DNA of 64,000 nucleotides from an uncultured Dehalococcoidia bacterium. GTDB taxonomy: Bacteria > Chloroflexota > Dehalococcoidia > DSTF01 > RBG-16-68-14. The position numbers and the translations under genes were made by a program. This document shows, one piece after another, positions 19,076 through 28,396 of the stretch; position 1 is the stretch's first letter; every line of letters starts with the position of its first letter. The notes under the pieces are model-generated. The model was not told where the DNA came from, did no database searches, and saw only the letters and a list, made by a program, of their open reading frames with translations. Location: assembly GCA_964406605.1 (NCBI GenBank), contig CAYOSF010000005.1:34076-98075 (forward strand). Direction: 5' to 3'.

Positions 19076-19105
19076 ATTATAACAACGCGGACGCTGTGGT
19101 GAGGG
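19076..19105 (-). promoter_or_regulatory. putative leaderless promoter for alaS (-10 TATAAT 9 nt upstream of ATG; weak -35)
   Basis: Minus strand reads ..cgttgtTATAATccaaccaccATG; no SD. Confidence 0.25.
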
Positions 19106-19337
19106 AGGGGAGGTTCAGGCGCGCAGAGAGGCCTCTGTCACCGCGCGCTCGTGGACGGTCAGGTCCTGCACCTCATGGGCCGGTCCGATCTCCATGGGAG
19201 CCGTACTCGGCGGCTGTTCGGCGCGAAGCAAGGTTGTCAAGCGCGCTGAAGATGGACCACAGGATAAGCTACCTCATTCGATCCCACCCGCCCACCCGGA
19301 GATGATTATGGATCTGGGGGACACCCCCAGACCCCCG

Positions 19338-19365
19338 GCAGAGTCCTTCCCGGGAAGGACTCTGC
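19338..19365 (-). terminator. perfect 28-nt palindrome GCAGAGTCCTTCCCGGGAAGGACTCTGC downstream of lysS
   Basis: 12-bp stem/4-nt loop hairpin about 75 nt after lysS stop, upstream of alaS; no U-tract. Confidence 0.35.
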
Positions 19366-19438
19366 ACTCCCGCTCTGTCAGCCATCTCTCGCCGCCGGAG
19401 GGGACAGGCGGGTGTCGCGGCAGCGCGAACCGATGGGC

Positions 19439-20947
19439 CTAGTCAGGGTCTCTCTCCGGCGCGCCCGGCGCCGGTCTCGTGAGGGGGAAGGCGACCACGT
19501 CGCGGATGGACGGGCTGTCGGTCAGGTACATGAACCAACGCTCGATGGAGACGCCGAAGCCCGCCGTCGGCGGCATGCCGTACTCGAGCGCTTCGAGGAA
19601 CTCCTCATCGAGCATCTGCGCCTCGCGGTCGCCGGCATCCCGCAACCGCTGCTGCTCCTCGAAGCGCTGCCGTTGGTCGAGCGGGTCGTTCAGCTCGGCG
19701 AAGCCGTTGCCGACCTCCGACCCGGCCATCATGATCTGGAGGCGCTGGACGCGCGCGGGGTCGGTTGGGTCGCGCTTGGCCAGCGGGGAGATATCGACCG
19801 GGTGGTTGACGAGGAACTGGGGCCGGATCAGCTTGGGCCGGATCTCCTTCTTATAGATCATGTCGATGAGCCGCCCGCGCCCAACACCTGGGCCGGCGTC
19901 CGGCACGTCGAGCTTCTCGGCGATGGGCAGGAGCGACTGCGCGCTCGGGTACTCATGCAGGTCGATCCCGATCTCCCGCTGGAACAGCTCGAAGTAGTCC
20001 GACTCCGGCCATGGGAGGTTGAAGTCGAGCTCGTGTTCGCCATACGTGAGCTTGAGGGTGCCGAAGGTCTCGCTGATGACCGTGGTGTAGAACCGTTCCA
20101 GCAGGCGCTTGAGCGCCTCCAGGTCCGCGTACGCGCAGTAGAACTCCAGCATGTCGTAGTCCTGGAGGTGCTCCCGGCTGATGCCCTCGTTGCGAAACAC
20201 GCGGCCGATCTCGTAGACGCGCTCGAAGCCGCCGACGACCAGCCGCTTGAGCGCGAGCTCCAGCGAGATGCGCAGGTAGAAGTCGGTGTCGAGCGCGTTG
20301 TGGTGGGTGGTGAAGGGCTCGGCGTCGGCGCCGCCGGGAACGGCCTCAAGGGCGGGGGTTGCCACTTCCACGAAGCCCTCGCCGTCTAGGAACACGCGCA
20401 AGTTGCGGACGAACTCCGCCCGCTGGGCGAGCACCTGCATCTCCCGCGGGTCGCTGATGAAGCTGAGATGGCGCTTGCGGACGCGGGTCTCGGGGTCGCT
20501 CAGGCCGTGCCACTTCTCGGGAAGGGGACGCAGAGCCTTGGTGAGCACGCTGAACTGCCGCACCTCAACCGTTAGCTCACCGGTGCGGGTGGTGAAGAGC
20601 GGCCCGTCGACTCCCACATAGTCGCCGATGTCCAGCAGCTTGGTGAGGTCGTAGCGGTCCCGGCCGAGGACATCACGCCGGAACTGGAGCTGGATCTCGC
20701 CGGACCCGTCGCGGAGGTTGGCGAAAGTGGAACCGCCGTGGCGGCGCCAGAGCACGAGGCGGCCCGCGATCCGCGCCTCGGTCCCCTCCGCCTTCTCCCG
20801 CGCCGCGGCTATGGGCTCCCGGCCCTCGAACGCGGCGGGATAGGGATCGATGCCCGACTCACGAAGGCGGGCCAGCTTCTGGACGCGGGCGGCGCGCACC
20901 TCCGCCAGGCGAGAGGTCGGCGGTTCATCTTTCGTTCGGCGCGGCAT
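19439..20947 (-). CDS. lysS: lysine--tRNA ligase (class II)
   Basis: Class II aaRS motifs; start MPRRTKDEPPTSRLAEVRAARVQKLARLRESGIDPYP; track ORF over-extended upstream. Confidence 0.85.
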   Translation of the reverse strand: MPRRTKDEPPTSRLAEVRAARVQKLARLRESGIDPYPAAFEGREPIAAAREKAEGTEARIAGRLVLWRRHGGSTFANLRDGSGEIQLQFRRDVLGRDRYDLTKLLDIGDYVGVDGPLFTTRTGELTVEVRQFSVLTKALRPLPEKWHGLSDPETRVRKRHLSFISDPREMQVLAQRAEFVRNLRVFLDGEGFVEVATPALEAVPGGADAEPFTTHHNALDTDFYLRISLELALKRLVVGGFERVYEIGRVFRNEGISREHLQDYDMLEFYCAYADLEALKRLLERFYTTVISETFGTLKLTYGEHELDFNLPWPESDYFELFQREIGIDLHEYPSAQSLLPIAEKLDVPDAGPGVGRGRLIDMIYKKEIRPKLIRPQFLVNHPVDISPLAKRDPTDPARVQRLQIMMAGSEVGNGFAELNDPLDQRQRFEEQQRLRDAGDREAQMLDEEFLEALEYGMPPTAGFGVSIERWFMYLTDSPSIRDVVAFPLTRPAPGAPERDPD

Positions 20948-20954
20948 CAGGCTT

Positions 20955-20983
20955 ATCTTATCGGCAGGGCGGGTGACCGACAA
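20955..20983 (-). promoter_or_regulatory. putative leaderless promoter for lysS (TTGTCG -17- TAAGAT, 7 nt to ATG)
   Basis: Read on minus strand immediately upstream of the chosen lysS start. Confidence 0.3.
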
Positions 20984-21072
20984 CACGGGCAAGCCCGCTC
21001 TCCGCCCATCCCGGTTTGGCCCGCCGAGCCGTCGTCTGGAGTGGACCGGCGAGGCGGTTCTCCGCCGGGCGG

Positions 21073-24000
21073 CTACGCCTGCGTGCGGCCAAGCTCGCGG
21101 CGCGCCCCTGCGATGGCGGCCGGAAGGTCGTCGATCGTTCGTTCGCGGGCACGCCCCGGCTGCACGAAGACGAAGACGCACCGCGCCACCGGCCGGCCGA
21201 GCGCCTCCTGCAGCGCCAGCGCGTAGGCCGCTCCCTGAAGGCGGTAGCGGGCCACGGCGGCCTCCAAGTCGGCCTCGCCGGGCACGACGTCCGTCTTGTA
21301 GTCGACCACCACCAGGCCGTCGGGCGTCTCATACAGCAGGTCGATGAAGCCCTCGACGGTGACGCCGTCCACCGGCGCCGCGACATACAGCTCCCGCCAG
21401 TAACGGTCCCCGCCCACGGCCTCCCGGAGGGACGGCGAGTCGAGGGCGGCCGCTACCATGCGGGCCACCTCGGCCCCACGGCCGGCGATGCCCTCGGCCG
21501 CGGCCTGGGCTCTCGCGGCGCCTTCGACGTCGGCGCCGGTGGCCAGATCGATGCTCTGGAGGACGGCGTGGACCGCACGGCCGAGCGCCGTGCCGGCGCG
21601 GCCGCGCCGCCACGGCGGCGTCTCCTCGACGGGCGCGTCCTTTTGGAGATTGGGGTCGTCCTCGGCGCCCCGGACACCCTTCGCGATGTCGACCGCGCTA
21701 CGCTTTGGCACCTTCGACATCTTCTTCAGGTTCTCCTCACGCTCCTCCAACCAGTGCCGGCGCTGCTCCGGACTGTCGTCGAAGGCGAGCGGCTCGGCGG
21801 GCTCCTCCTCACCTAGCGGCGCTTCATCGACTTCCGCCTTGACCCAGAGTTCACGCGCTTCCATCGAGCGTTCGTGAAGGCGGGCGGCGTGGCTCTTGCC
21901 GCCTTCCTTGTGGTGGAGGCTCACGATCAGATGGTCGCGGGCACGGGTGGCGGCCACGTACAGGAGCCGGACCTTCTCGTGCTGCTCCATGATCTCCTCG
22001 CGGACGGCAAGCGCCTCATAGCCGGGAGTCTCGAAACACGCTGTCTTGGGACCGATCCGGGCCTGCGGGCGGCCGTCTTCCTCCCAGAGGACAGTTGCGC
22101 CGGCACCCGGCGGGGCTCCCCCTTCGGTATTGAGGCCGGCGAGCACGACGATGGGAAACTCAAGGCCCTTGGCGGCGTGGACGGTCATGATGCGGACGGC
22201 GTCATCGTCCGGCTCCGGGACTACCGTCTCCACCACCCGTGTGCCCTCCTCCGCCTGCCGGTCCGCCCAGTCGATGAACTGGCGCAGCGTGCGGCCACCG
22301 GTCTCCGCGAAGGCGCGGGCCTGGTCGAGGACGAAGCGAAGCCGCTGCCAGCGCTCGCGCGGCCGCCGGTGAGCGAAGGCGAGCTCGAAGAGCCGGCGCT
22401 CACGGATCACGGCCTCCACGATGCCGCTGATGCTCGACCACCAGCGGCGGTCATGAAAGCCTTGCAGCGATCGCATCGCCGCGACGACGGGGTCGTCTTG
22501 CGGAAGTGAGTCAGGCGGACCGCGGCGGTAGTCCCAGCGGCCGCCGGCCTGGAAGAAGCGAAGCAGGTCGTCGTCGCCGCATGCGAGGGCTGGTGAGCGC
22601 AGGGCCGCTATCAGCGCCACCTCGTCGGTCGGGTCATCCACGGCGCGAAGGATGGCGAGCAGATCGCGCACCTCCTGTGCGTCGTAGACCAGGGAGCGGC
22701 TCTCGACGCGGTAGGGAATACCGGCGCCCTCCAGGGCCTCCTCGATGGGCGGTAGGGTGGTCCGAGTGGGCAGGAGCAGGGCCATGTCCTGGTACCTGGC
22801 GGCGCGGGATGTCCACGTGCCGTCGGCTTCCGCTTGGGCGACTTGCCAGCCTTCCGCCTTCGCGCGCCGAATGAGGCGGGCTATCTCCTCCGCCTCGCGA
22901 TCTCGAATCGGGCCGATGTTGCCGCCGGCCGGACCGCCAAGGAGCCGGACCGTGGTGTCAGCGCCATCCGGCGTCTTTCGATAGGGCTGGAGGGGCACGT
23001 ACGCGGCCTGACCGTCGGAATCACCGTCGCCCATGAGTCCAGCGAAGACATGGTTCGCCCAGTTGATGACAGCGGGAACCGAGCGGAAGTTCTCCGTCAG
23101 CAGCACCGTCTCTCGTGAGAAATGGCGCTGCGCGGTCTGGTAGAGGTCGATGTCGGCGCGGCGGAAGCGATAGATGGACTGTTTCGGGTCGCCGACGAAG
23201 AAGAGCCGGCCGTCTTCGATCTCCGCCTCCCGCCAGTGCGGAGGCGTGCCGTCCGGCTCCCTTCCCGCCAGCAGCACGGCGATCTCGATCTGCAGCGGGT
23301 CGGTGTCCTGGAACTCGTCTACGAGCAGATGAGAGAAGCGCTGGTGCAGATCGCGCCGCACTGAGGCGTCCCGTCTCAGCACTCGACGGGCCAGCACGAG
23401 CAGGTCGTGGAACTCCAGGCGGCCCAGCATGCGGCGTTCCTCGGCGTACTGCAGGATGAGATCCCGGAGCGCCGCGAGCAGGTGGGGCAGGATCGTCGCC
23501 CGCGCGCCGCTGACGAGGTCGTCTCGCGTCTGCTGGGCACGACCGAGGATGTCGCGCACCTCTGCGGGGGTGACGCTCTGCCAGTTGTCTCCGCGCCCTC
23601 CGCTGCCGCGCGCGATGCGTATGCCCTCCGCGAGGATGCGAAGCTGGTCGAGCTCTGTCGTCGCCGCCGCGAGGCGTCGCCGGTAGGTGTCCACACTCTC
23701 CAGGTGGAGGCACAGCAGGTCCTGGGGATCGCTGCAATGCGCTCGGAGCCCGCAGGCTTCGTCAAGGAGCTGCAGCACGGGCGCGACGTCGAGCTGTGGC
23801 AGCGGTGGCGCCTGGACGGCGGCGTCCTCAAGGTGGTCCCAGTTCTGATGGAACTGCCACGCCACCTCTCGGAGTTGGTCGAGAGAGGGTGCGAGGCCGA
23901 GGACGAAGGCGCGGAGGAGCACCTGCTCGCGTAGTGGGTCTTCGAGGAGTTCATCGACGAAGGCGGCCCAGCGCTCATCAAAGGCGATGGAGGCGCGGAT

Positions 24001-24405
24001 ATCGTCCTGGATCTCGATGGCCGGCGGTAACCCTGCCTCCAGGGGGTGCTCGGCCAGAATGCGCTGAGCGAAGCCGTGCAGCGTCTCGATGGCGGCGGCA
24101 TCGATCTCGACCAGAGCGCTCCGGCAGCGGGCGCGCTCGTCCGCTGATAGGTGTTCCACGTCCCGTGCCGCTTCTTCGAGCCGCTGGCGGACTCGATCCC
24201 GGAGCTCAGCGGCGGCGGCCTCGGTGAAGGTGATGGCGGCGACATGCCGCAACTCCGCGCGACCGGTCGTGACGAGGCAGATGATCCGCTCGATCAGCTC
24301 TCTCGTCTTGCCGGTGCCCGCACCCGCCTCGACGAAGAGCGTGGCGTCGAGGTCCTGCTGGATCCGTTCGCGGGCTGCTTGGTCGGCCGGTGGGTCGGTG
24401 GCCAT
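21073..24405 (-). CDS. addA: AddA/RecB-type ATP-dependent helicase-nuclease subunit (UvrD-like motor + PD-(D/E)XK nuclease)
   Basis: Walker A GAGTGKT, motif II LLVDEFQDTDP, C-terminal nuclease motif LVVVDYKTD; start MATDPPADQ with GGAGGA SD. Confidence 0.75.
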   Translation of the reverse strand: MATDPPADQAARERIQQDLDATLFVEAGAGTGKTRELIERIICLVTTGRAELRHVAAITFTEAAAAELRDRVRQRLEEAARDVEHLSADERARCRSALVEIDAAAIETLHGFAQRILAEHPLEAGLPPAIEIQDDIRASIAFDERWAAFVDELLEDPLREQVLLRAFVLGLAPSLDQLREVAWQFHQNWDHLEDAAVQAPPLPQLDVAPVLQLLDEACGLRAHCSDPQDLLCLHLESVDTYRRRLAAATTELDQLRILAEGIRIARGSGGRGDNWQSVTPAEVRDILGRAQQTRDDLVSGARATILPHLLAALRDLILQYAEERRMLGRLEFHDLLVLARRVLRRDASVRRDLHQRFSHLLVDEFQDTDPLQIEIAVLLAGREPDGTPPHWREAEIEDGRLFFVGDPKQSIYRFRRADIDLYQTAQRHFSRETVLLTENFRSVPAVINWANHVFAGLMGDGDSDGQAAYVPLQPYRKTPDGADTTVRLLGGPAGGNIGPIRDREAEEIARLIRRAKAEGWQVAQAEADGTWTSRAARYQDMALLLPTRTTLPPIEEALEGAGIPYRVESRSLVYDAQEVRDLLAILRAVDDPTDEVALIAALRSPALACGDDDLLRFFQAGGRWDYRRGPPDSLPQDDPVVAAMRSLQGFHDRRWWSSISGIVEAVIRERRLFELAFAHRRPRERWQRLRFVLDQARAFAETGGRTLRQFIDWADRQAEEGTRVVETVVPEPDDDAVRIMTVHAAKGLEFPIVVLAGLNTEGGAPPGAGATVLWEEDGRPQARIGPKTACFETPGYEALAVREEIMEQHEKVRLLYVAATRARDHLIVSLHHKEGGKSHAARLHERSMEARELWVKAEVDEAPLGEEEPAEPLAFDDSPEQRRHWLEEREENLKKMSKVPKRSAVDIAKGVRGAEDDPNLQKDAPVEETPPWRRGRAGTALGRAVHAVLQSIDLATGADVEGAARAQAAAEGIAGRGAEVARMVAAALDSPSLREAVGGDRYWRELYVAAPVDGVTVEGFIDLLYETPDGLVVVDYKTDVVPGEADLEAAVARYRLQGAAYALALQEALGRPVARCVFVFVQPGRARERTIDDLPAAIAGARRELGRTQA

Positions 24406-24406
24406 G

Positions 24407-27400
24407 TCAGTCCTCCGGCTCCGCCAGGTCGACGTACTCGCGCAGCTCGGGCGCAAGCCGTTTGCGCTGCCAGGCCCGGGCGCGTTCCCGCAGGCAGACG
24501 CGGTCGTACGCGCAGAACCGGCAGTTCTCGAAGGCCCCGTTGCCCCACGGGCCTGGACGGGCCGGAAAGAGACCCATCTCGATGCCGCCCAGGATTACGG
24601 TGAGCGCCTCATGGAACCGGCTGAGGACGGCTTCGTCCACCGGATGGCCGTTCGTTTCGTACCCGGCCCTTTCTGTTGCGAACCAGTAGTACGCCGCAGC
24701 CGGCACCTCGCCGTAGCGCTGCCTTGCCGCCAGGGCGTAGATGGGTAGCTGCAGCGCCGTACCCCGCTGGACAGGATCGATCTTGAGCGTTCTGTAGGGT
24801 CTCGGCGAGCCTGTCTTGTAGTCCAAAACGAGGAGATGGGAACCATCGGGAGCTTGGTCGACGCGGTCGATGCGGCCGCGGAACGCGACGCTGCGTCCGT
24901 CCGGGAGCGTGACCGGGACCGCCGCCAGCTCTGCGTCAGGCACGCCGAATGACAGCTCGACCGCCTCCGGGACGACGCCGTGCTCAGCGCGCAGACGCTC
25001 GTCGGCGTCGAGGAAGCCTGCCAGATCTCGTAGGATGCGCTCGCGCTCTAATCGCCACAACAGCGGCCTTCCCGTGAGGCCCGCCGCCTCGGCCCGGTCG
25101 CACAGACGCTCCCCAATCTCAGTCAGTCGCGCGCGCTCCTCCGAGGTCCAAGCCTGGTCGGGAGCCGCGCGCCTCGGCGTCTCGGAGACGAACGACTCCA
25201 GCGCTTCGTGCAAGAGATTCCCTCGCTCGAGCGCGCTGATCGTGAGTGTGTCTTCCGGCTTCTCCGTCTCTGCGACGCGAAGCACGTGTCCCAGGAAGTA
25301 GCGAAACGGGCACGTCGCCCAGTTCTGCAGCGCTGTTGGGGACACGGGCTGCTGGGCCGAGGGCACCGGGGCGCTGTGTACGGAGAGGCGCCCGTCCCAA
25401 CGTGTGAGCCTCACGCTCGCCCGTTCGATCTCCTCCGAGAGGCCGTCCCCCAATGCCCGTTTCTCAGCCGTCAAGTAGTGCTCGGTCGGGCGGCCGCCGT
25501 TGCGTTGCCATCGGATCAGGCTGTGGAGATCGTATTCCTGCTTCGACGCGCGCCCATCGGTGCCCGCCAGTGCCGACTCAAACGACGGCACGACTGTGAA
25601 CCAAGGGCGCTCGGTCAGGTTCGCCAGGTCCTCGCTGAAGAGCGACCTTCCCTCAAGGAGCGAGGCGGTCTCGATCAGCCAGCGGCCGGGCAGCCTGCCG
25701 CGCTGGCCGCGAAGGTCGGCGCGGGGATAGCAGAGCACGCGCTCGCCTGCCGATGCCAGCGCGGCCAGGTAGTCCCGGCGCCATTCCGCCGATCTGCCGG
25801 TGCGGAGCGGCAGGTCTGACGCCACCGCCCGTTCGCGGTCGGGCAGGATTGGGTCATCTCGTTCGCGCGGCGGCATGAGGCCTTCGGTCATGCCGAGCAC
25901 GAAGATGACGTCGAAGTCGGTACCCAGCGCGTCGGCGATCCGGCCGACGAAGACGCCATCGCCAAAGCGCCCGATACGGCCCGCAGGGGCCTCCAACTCG
26001 CGTTCCAGGGCCTTCCGGAAGGTCGCCTCGTCCGTGTGGGGCCGTACGTCCTCCAGGGCGGACAGTGAATCGAGCGCGGCCTCCACGGCACGGTGGGCCT
26101 CGATTGCCGCGTCTTTCTCTTCCTCCGGCAGGCCGCGCCAGTGCCCTTCTCGTCCCAGGTACCGCTCAAGGAGGCCGCGCGCCCATGAGGCGAACTGGCC
26201 CCAGGACGACCGGGGGCCCGGATCGACAGCGGTCGCCAAGTCCTCCATGAAGCGGGCCAGCCGCTCCGTGAGATCGATCTCTATCTGCAACCCTCGCCGA
26301 CGCCCCTCGCTGCCCTCGTCCTCCCGTTCCGGGGCATCGAGCTTCGCTTGTAGTGAACCGCGGTAGCGGGCGAGCCGCTCTGTCCACTGTTGCGTGGTGC
26401 CCACCACCCCGGCGGAACGGGAGATCATGTCCCAAGCGTGCGCCGGCGCAGGGTTGCCGTTCCGATGCTCGAGCACCGGAGCTGCACTTAGCCAGTCCAT
26501 CACTGCATCGCGGCGGAAGTCTGCCTCCCGGAGGTGGAGCAGACCCAGCAGCGTGCGACCTGAGGCGGTCTGCGCAAGCGAACGGATCGCCGCTCCGTTG
26601 TGGGCCACGCCCGCCGCGTTGAGCTGCTCGTGGGAGAGGAGCGTATACGGCTGCGCGGCCGGATAGAGGATCGCCATGCGGTGCAGCGGCGTGCCCTTAT
26701 CGACACGCTGCATCACCATGCGCAGGGCGGAGCGGACCTCCTCCTCGGCATCGGCGGCAACGACGATGCGAGTGTCCGACGGGATGGGTGAGGGCGCCTG
26801 CTCCTCGGGTGGGCCAAGTCTGGACTGGAGCCGGGAGGCTAGTTCGCGCGCCGGCTCATCGGCCTCTCGGTCGCCCGTGAGGCCGATGACGGCGGCGAGG
26901 CCGCCGGCCTCCGCCAACGCCTCCGCGAGGGTTTGCTCTCCAGGAGTCAGCCGACGCGGCAGGAAGAGGATCACGTGGCCCACGTCGCGGAGGGCGGAGG
27001 AGCCGGCGCGCACGGCTGCCGCTGCGGCCACGGCCAGGTCCTCTTCGTCGTAGTAGTCCGTGGTGCGCGAACGGAAATCGTGGAAGAGGCGAATCGCGTC
27101 TTCCGCCCGCCGGCTCTGGTGGGCTGCGGCATCGAGGGCTTGCGGCGAGGCCAGGCGGAGCTCGCGGAAGGTGGCGTCGAGACTGCGTTCGGTCGCCGTA
27201 TGCTCCGCGACGTCGTGGAAGACGCCCGGGTCGGCGGCGAGGGCGGCACGGATCGCCTCGGCGCGAATCGGACCGGTGAGAGGTCGCCGGCCGTGAGCAG
27301 CCAGCGTTGGAGCACCGAGCAGCTCCGCTACGCGGGCGAGCACGAGGAAGCGGACGTTGATGAGGCCATCCCTGCCCGAGATGGCCGCGAGCGACAGCTC

Positions 27401-27559
27401 GCCCGAGCCGAGGCGATGACGCAGGGACAGACCGGCGTAGTTCGACGGCACGACGACCGTGACGGGCGCCAGTGGATCGCCGGCCTTCGCCTGGACGATG
27501 GCGTCGCGCAGGGCGAGCGCCGCCTGCTCACCGTATGGGGCCAGGCGCAGTGATGACAT
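24407..27559 (-). CDS. addB: AddB-type helicase-nuclease subunit with degenerate ATPase and Fe-S 'iron staple' nuclease domain
   Basis: No Walker A; C-terminal ..TCPFRYF.. LVLDYKTG .. CRFCAYDRVC (Cys + CxxCx5C) as in AddB; stop TGA 1 nt before addA ATG. Confidence 0.7.
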   Translation of the reverse strand: MSSLRLAPYGEQAALALRDAIVQAKAGDPLAPVTVVVPSNYAGLSLRHRLGSGELSLAAISGRDGLINVRFLVLARVAELLGAPTLAAHGRRPLTGPIRAEAIRAALAADPGVFHDVAEHTATERSLDATFRELRLASPQALDAAAHQSRRAEDAIRLFHDFRSRTTDYYDEEDLAVAAAAAVRAGSSALRDVGHVILFLPRRLTPGEQTLAEALAEAGGLAAVIGLTGDREADEPARELASRLQSRLGPPEEQAPSPIPSDTRIVVAADAEEEVRSALRMVMQRVDKGTPLHRMAILYPAAQPYTLLSHEQLNAAGVAHNGAAIRSLAQTASGRTLLGLLHLREADFRRDAVMDWLSAAPVLEHRNGNPAPAHAWDMISRSAGVVGTTQQWTERLARYRGSLQAKLDAPEREDEGSEGRRRGLQIEIDLTERLARFMEDLATAVDPGPRSSWGQFASWARGLLERYLGREGHWRGLPEEEKDAAIEAHRAVEAALDSLSALEDVRPHTDEATFRKALERELEAPAGRIGRFGDGVFVGRIADALGTDFDVIFVLGMTEGLMPPRERDDPILPDRERAVASDLPLRTGRSAEWRRDYLAALASAGERVLCYPRADLRGQRGRLPGRWLIETASLLEGRSLFSEDLANLTERPWFTVVPSFESALAGTDGRASKQEYDLHSLIRWQRNGGRPTEHYLTAEKRALGDGLSEEIERASVRLTRWDGRLSVHSAPVPSAQQPVSPTALQNWATCPFRYFLGHVLRVAETEKPEDTLTISALERGNLLHEALESFVSETPRRAAPDQAWTSEERARLTEIGERLCDRAEAAGLTGRPLLWRLERERILRDLAGFLDADERLRAEHGVVPEAVELSFGVPDAELAAVPVTLPDGRSVAFRGRIDRVDQAPDGSHLLVLDYKTGSPRPYRTLKIDPVQRGTALQLPIYALAARQRYGEVPAAAYYWFATERAGYETNGHPVDEAVLSRFHEALTVILGGIEMGLFPARPGPWGNGAFENCRFCAYDRVCLRERARAWQRKRLAPELREYVDLAEPED

Positions 27560-27616
27560 CAGGCGCTTCCCTCGTCCTGGCTACGATGGCCCCGCCTAGC
27601 CGCACTTCCCCCTGCC

Positions 27617-28243
27617 CTATGGCGCGGGCGCCGGACGCACGCCCAGCTCCGCGAGCTGGGCGGCCAGATCGTCGCCGCGGTGCACGCGGAAGTGAACGCC
27701 CGCCATCCCCACTTCGCGAGCCGCTTCCACGTTGCGCTCCGCGTCGTCGATGAACACGCACTCCTCGGGTGCGAGGCGGAGCCTCTCGGCGGCCAGACGG
27801 TAGATGCGATGGTCGGGCTTGGCCAGACCGACGACAGCCGAGGAGATCACGTTGTCGAAGAGGTCCAGGATGCCGAGGCCGTCGCGGATGCGCTCCTCCA
27901 GGCTGACGTCCGTGTTGCTCAGGATCCCGATTCGGTAGGGGGGCCGCAGGGCGCGAATGAGATCAACGTTCTCCTGGATGATGGTCCAAGAGTCGCGCCA
28001 CTGCTGATGGAGAGGCGGGAGCGGCCCGCCGGCGGCCTCCTCAAGTCGTTCGTGGGCGGTCCGACGCCAGCCTTCTGGATCGCCGCGGCCCACCTGCACC
28101 TCGCGCCAATCGTCGCTGTCGTACAGGGTGCGCGAAAGGGTGCCTCGCTCCAGGCCGTGTTGCCGTTCGAGCTCCTGGGCCACGTCCCAGCGCATGTTGC
28201 TGATGACGCCGCCGAAGTCGAATAGGATGCCGCGGATGGGCAC
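27617..28243 (-). CDS. HAD-superfamily hydrolase (subfamily IA)
   Basis: ILFDFGGVI motif I, ..ILSNT.., ..FIDD.. motifs; AAGGAGG SD upstream of GTG start (VPIRGILF). Confidence 0.6.
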   Translation of the reverse strand: MPIRGILFDFGGVISNMRWDVAQELERQHGLERGTLSRTLYDSDDWREVQVGRGDPEGWRRTAHERLEEAAGGPLPPLHQQWRDSWTIIQENVDLIRALRPPYRIGILSNTDVSLEERIRDGLGILDLFDNVISSAVVGLAKPDHRIYRLAAERLRLAPEECVFIDDAERNVEAAREVGMAGVHFRVHRGDDLAAQLAELGVRPAPAP

Positions 28244-28396
28244 GGAGTACCTCCTTGATGGTGGCCCCATCTTAACCGCAGCGACCGGGGGCGGACAACG
28301 GCCGCTTGCCCGGTGCGGTTCCTACCGGGGCGTCACAGTTCGTGCTACACTCACCCCCGCCGAAGTCAATCGCCCCGGCGTGCAGGAGGATACTTC

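Noticed and set aside
19412-20389. 325-aa plus-strand ORF opposite lysS
   Set aside because: Antisense shadow ORF.
20948-21181. Upstream extension of lysS ORF into addA 3' end
   Set aside because: Would overlap addA; conserved LysS N-terminus begins at MPRRTKDE, with promoter-like elements directly upstream.
24406-24456. 17-codon N-terminal extension of addA-like ORF
   Set aside because: Would overlap addB 3' end by about 50 nt; GGAGGA SD precedes the internal ATG at 24405.
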